From NCBI GenBank assembly GCA_964016885.1, contig OZ024758.1, forward strand, positions 22,568,001 to 22,632,000: DNA of 64,000 nucleotides, read 5' to 3'. Positions within the stretch are counted from its first letter, which is position 1. Every line of letters begins with the position of its first letter. Shown in pieces: positions 58,418-64,000 of the stretch. Source of the DNA: Eledone cirrhosa (taxonomy: Eukaryota). The translations under genes and the position numbers were made by a program. The notes under the pieces were generated by a model that saw only the letters and a list, made by a program, of their open reading frames with translations, did not search any database and was not told the DNA's origin.

Positions 58418-58886
58418 GGAGAGAGAGTGTGCGTTTGTGTGAGAAAGAGAGTGTGTTTGTGTGAGAAAGAGAGAATGTGTGTTTGAGACAGAGAGAATGT
58501 GTGTGTGTGTGTGAGAAAGAGAGTGTGTTTGTGTGAGAAAGAGAGAGTGTGTGTGTTTGTGTGAGAAAGAGAGAGTGTGTGTGTTTGTGTGAGAAAGAGA
58601 GAATGTGTGTTTGTGTGAGAAAGAGAGAGTGTGTGTGTTTCTATGTGTGTGTTTCTGTGTGAGAGTGTATGAATGTGTGTGTGTGTTTGTGTGAGAGAGA
58701 GTGTGTGTGTGTGTGCGAGAGAGAGAAAGAGAGTGTGTTTGTGTGAGAAAGAGAGAGTGTGTGTGTTTCTATGTGTGTGTTTCTGTGTGAGAGAGTGTAT
58801 GAGTGTGTGTGTGTTTGTGTGTGAGAGAGAGAGAGAGAGTGTTTGTGTGAGAAAGAGAGAATGTGTGTTTGTGTGAGAAAGAGAGA

Positions 58887-58972
<86 letters not shown>
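58270..58972. repeat. (GT)n/(GA)n compound array
   Basis: Direct inspection. Confidence 0.95.
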
Positions 58973-58973
<1 letters not shown>

Positions 58974-59390
58974 ACTTAATTTGTAATTAGTAGAGGTAAG
59001 AAGACTGTTTGTTGACAATCAACCAGACATAGGCTTAGCAACGAAGTACGTCTGTAACTTCCGTAACACAACAAAGAGGGTTGTCAAACAGAAATTTATC
59101 TGACTGAAATAAACTGTTTGTTTATATCTACATATATAACAATAGACCTAAACTAAATCTAAGAATGAGACGGTGATAGGTTTCTCTCCGTGTCAGTATT
59201 AAATGATTACTAGAAAATAATGCAATGAGAGCGGTGTGGTTTGTGGTCTGTGGTTTGTGGTCTGAGGTTTGTAGTTTGTGGTTTGTAGTTTGTGGTTTGC
59301 AGTTTCTTTTTGTATTTGTTTGTGAATTTGTTTGCATTTAATATCATTTAATATTCCTGTCTTTTTTCTTTTCTTTGCTATTGTTCTTAG

Positions 59391-59644
59391 GTCGGATTGT
59401 CTACCGTGACTGCAGCGCACGTGACATGGGTATTCGTTGCATGAGCAAAGTGACACTCAACAACGAAACAGTTCGTGTGTGTGTAACAACCTGTTCCTTT
59501 GATGGCTGCAACAGGGAATCTGCAGAAGCCCCAGAATTTCCAGGAAGTGCTGAAACTACACACCTTCATCTATTGATATTGCTTTTGCCTTTCTCCGTAG
59601 CGGCTGCCAGTCTGTGGCGTCTCTGGGAATGGGACACCTTTTGA
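59391..59644 (+). CDS. Quiver/sleepless-like Ly6 three-finger protein, coding exon 3 (DGCN motif, GPI-type tail)
   Basis: Long polypyrimidine tract + TTAG acceptor; (G)RIVYRDCS...CVTTCSFDGCN...hydrophobic tail LLILLLPFSVAAASLW; 10 Cys in the spliced mature domain; reading phase matches exon 2. Confidence 0.88.
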
Positions 59645-62600
59645 GTCTCAGTCAGCACACTTGAGAAATTTTAAATAAAACACACACACACACACTCACA
59701 CACATATATATATACAAAAATAATGTTATTCTATCGAATACATACAGTAGCATCGCAACACCTTTCAAGCCAAGCTCTAAAGAACATTATCATAAAGCTG
59801 AGTATCTGATAAATCTCTAAAGAACATTATCAGATACTCGGGTTAACTTTGCCTTTCATCCTTACGGGGTCGATAAAATAAAGTACCAGTAATGTACTGA
59901 GTAATTGCTGGCCTTGTGCCTAAAGTAGAAACAATTATCAGATACTCAGATTTTTACATTTACAGTATGGTCCTATCAACCTGAACTTGTTAACTTTCTG
60001 TTCTACAGTATCTGTGATGCGGTGACAGCTTTGAATTTGCAAAACGTGCAATCAATGAAGTTTCGAATATTCACAAATAAATGCCCCATCAATACTGTTG
60101 CTATTTCACTAAAATATAAACTTATCTAAACATCAAAATGTCCGTTTAGACAAGTTTCTATCAATTCCTATCCATCCGCCATTTTACTTCCTTCCTCGCG
60201 TTTTATCTTTTTCTACATACCTTACTTCCTCGTGCAGTTCTTTTTGTTCTCTCTCTCTTTCTCCTCACACACACACACTTTATCTGTACTCTCTCTCTCA
60301 CACACACACGCATACACACTCACACCTCTCTTTCACACGCACACACACTATCTCTGCCCCCTCTCTCTCTCACACACATACTATCTCTCCCCTCTCTCTC
60401 ACGCGTGTCCCCTGTTTTGTCACCCTTCAATTCATCTTCAATCAGCTTCTTTCTCTTCTTATTTTCTCCTCTATTCATACATCCTTTCTTCCTTTACCAC
60501 CAAACCACACTCGACCTATTTTCCTATCCTATTACTATCCTCACCCGTTTCTTTGGGCCTTTTATTAGTTCTTTCTTTCTCCCTTTCTCTGTTCTTCTCT
60601 ATTTCCGCTATCATTGACATTTATTTCAAGTGGACAAAAAAGCCCAACAACAGTTCCTTAGTCAACTCAACATGAAAAACACTGTGCCTTTTTTTTTTTA
60701 ATTCACTCCTAAAAGAAATCATAAAATATTTCCCCCTTCACTTATCTATGTTTAAAAAAAAAAAATAATAAAAAAAATCCACATCGAAAGAAAAAAAAAA
60801 TGTATTTTCTTGTTTGATATAATCTTGAAATTTCTTGCTTCTTGTGTGGCAATATTTATATCACCTTTGGAACCTTACCATCACCCGTGTCAGTCGTTTA
60901 ATTTTCGAAACAGCTGCAGAATAAAGAGATGATAGTTATTTCAGATACTTTGTTAACGTTTTAATAAGTTTTTCGCAGATATCGAGAGAAGCCTACTGCT
61001 GAATTCACAATATTCTTTTATTATTGCTTATTATTATTATTATTGCTTATTGTTTATTATTGGCGGTGGATTGGCAGTATCGGTAGAGGGTCGGACGTCA
61101 TGCTTTCCAGCATAGTTACGTCCCTTTACGATCTCAGTTCAAATCTCGCCGAGGTTGACTTTGCCTTTCATCCTTACGGGGTCGATAAAATAAAGTACCA
61201 GTAATGCACTGGGTAATTGCTGGCCTTGTGCCTAAAGTAGAAACAAATATTGCTTATTAAAGAATTGTCTTCCTTTGGTCTTCTTACATTTTTTTTTTAT
61301 TTTAATTTTTGTAAAAAAGGATGCGATCATTCTTCGAACGAAAATGATTAATTTTTCACAATTTTAATAGTTTGTCACAATTCGTTAGTATTAAAAAGAG
61401 GGAAAACTAAAATTTGTTTAATAAAGGAAATTGAAATTAACTGAAAAAAAAAGAATTCAGCGAATTAGTTGTATGTTTTGAAATGAAAATTTCATCAGAA
61501 TAACTTTTGTTCTTTCCCACAATCCAAACAAATATATATATATAATAATTGTTTCTACTTTAGGCACAAGGCCAGCAATTACCCAGTACATTACTGGTAC
61601 TTTATTTTATCGACCCCGTAAGGATGAAAGGCAAAGTCAACCTCGGCGGGATTTGAACTCTGATCGTAAAGGGACGTAACTATGCTGGAAAGCATGGCAT
61701 CCGACCCTCTACCGATACTACCAATCCACCATATAGTAATAATAGTAAATGTGAAAACTAAAATCCGAAGAGGGTTCGATAAGGATAAATATATATAAAT
61801 ATATATAAAAACCGTAGAGCAAATATTTATTAAAATAACAGATTAAAGTTTAAGCAATGAATCGCTGCTTTCACCCTTAAGAAGATCCCGTTAAGGGTGA
61901 AAGCAGCGATTCTTTGCTTAAACTTTAATCTGTTATTTTAATAAATTAATATCTACATATATATGTTTGTATATATACATATATATGAATATGTACATAT
62001 ATATGAATATGTATGTATATTGTTCTACTTTGGGAGGGTCATGCTGCCAATAAAAACACACGCACCTGTTGATTTTCACTTCAATTTATTATAAATTTCC
62101 GGTTAGTTGGTTCAATAACCGAATGGTTATATATATATATATATTGTCAAAGCTCTTTCGTCACACTTTCTGTGACCTCCTCAGTGACTGCGTTTATATT
62201 TCGTGTCTCTCCTTTGTTCTGACCTACACCACCGAGATATGGTGTAGGACTGGACAAAGGAGAGACGGGTATCTTAGCTAGTAGAATGTCATATGCTTCT
62301 TGAAAACATCTAGATACACTTCATGTAGGGTTTTTTTTAGTAGCGTATTAAAAGCTTGGCTCCTTTGAACCCCAACCTATTGCCATATCTAGTCCTTATT
62401 CTAGATGTAAACGATAGGACATTTGGCACTGTGGTGTGACGACTGTAAGGTCCAGTTCTCAATGCCAAAGCATGATGCTACCACTTTCAGAATCTTCCAT
62501 ATATATTATGGATATATATACATACACACACACACACACATATGTATATATGTGTGTATGTGTATATGTGTGTGTGTATATGTGTATGTGTGTGTGTGTG

Positions 62601-62865
62601 TGTGTGTGTAAAGTCTATCTTAAGTCAGAAGGCTCATTTGGCTGGTGCTTATCCCGGTTTCATGACGTGAAGCGACTGAGAGAACAAGACTCCCCCCCCC
62701 CCCCCCTGCGCAGGATGCCAGTCCATCGCAGGGTTAAATCCCCAGCTATTGCTGGTACTCATTTTCAACTGAGTATACTGGAGCAACGTGAAATGAAGTG
62801 TTTTGCTCAAGAACACAACACGCAACCTAGGAATCGAACCCACGACATTATGATCGTAAGTCCAG

Positions 62866-64000
62866 TGTGTGTGTGTATATATGTATATATATATACAAAG
62901 TGTGTGTATATATGTATATATATACAAAGTGTGTGTATATATGTATATATATACAAAGTGTGTGTATATATATGTATATATACACAAAGTGTGTGTATAT
63001 ATGTATATATATACAAAATGTGTATATATATGTATATATATACAAAGTGTGTGTGTATATATGTATATATACACAAAGTGTGTGTATATATATATGTATA
63101 TATATACAAAGTGTGTGTATATATATGTATATATATACAAAGTGTGTATATATATATGTATATATACACAAAGTGTGTATATATATATGTATATATACAC
63201 AAAGTGTGTGTGTATATATGTATATATATACACAAAGTGTGTGTGTATATATGTATATATATACAAAGTGTGTGTGTATATATGTATATATATACAAAGT
63301 GTGTGTATATATATGTATATATATACAAAGTGTGTGTATATATATGTATATATATACAAAGTGTGTGTATATATATGTATATATATACAAAGTGTGTGTA
63401 TATATATGTATATATACACAAAGTGTGTGTATATATATGTATATATACACAGTGTGTGTATATATATGTATATATACACAAAGTGTGTGTATATATGTAT
63501 ATATATACAAAGTGTGTGTATATATATGTATATATACACAAAGTGTGTGTATATATATGTATATATACACAAAGTGTGTGTATATATATGTATATATACA
63601 CAAAGTGTGTGTATATATATGTATATATACACAAAGTGTGTGTATATATATGTATATATACACAAAGTGTGTGTATATATATGTATATATACACAAAGTG
63701 TGTGCATATATATGTATATATATACAAAGTGTGTGTATATATATGTATATATATACAAAGTGTGTGCATATATATGTATATATATACAAAGTGTGTGTAT
63801 ATATATGTATATATATACAAAGTGTGTATATATATATGTATATATACACAAAGTGTGTATATATATATGTATATATACACAAAGTGTGTATATATATATG
63901 TATATATACACAAAGTGTGTGTATATATATGTATATATACACAAAGTGTGTGTATATATATGTATATATATACAAAGTGTGTGTATATATGTATATATAT
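62866..64000. repeat. About 26-30 bp higher-order microsatellite (CAAAGTGTGTGTATATATATGTATATATA)
   Basis: Direct inspection. Confidence 0.95.

Noticed and set aside
61062-61245. SINE heads as tRNA genes
   Set aside because: A and B boxes continue into a shared SINE core; no intact cloverleaf

Overview
AT-rich, repeat-dominated eukaryotic DNA. The very long (TA)n/(CA)n tracts and the tRNA-derived SINE families suggest an octopod or other coleoid cephalopod (inference from repeat content). Almost all ORFs in the track are microsatellite artefacts. Supported coding content: (1) a three-exon Ly6/uPAR three-finger, quiver/sleepless-like GPI-anchored gene on + (45689-45755, 49094-49231, 59391-59644; 152 aa); (2) a near-intact Penelope-like retroelement (PLE; RT + C-terminal GIY-YIG, one frameshift) on - at 40822-44554, bounded by 180-bp pseudo-LTRs; (3) LINE fragments. 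The main unexplained structure is a dense set of short islands embedded in (TA)n, from more than ten unrelated families and often arranged as fold-back inverted repeats. Many carry a type I hammerhead ribozyme core or a decayed or truncated version. Several have a 60-100 nt stem II, one family shows compensatory covariation, and several families share a YYGAGTRCT motif about 40-80 nt from the TA-abutting end. Also present: SINEs, hAT-, mariner- and piggyBac-like MITEs, and minisatellites built from exon, LINE or SINE sequence. All calls were made by eye; coordinates may be off by a few bases.
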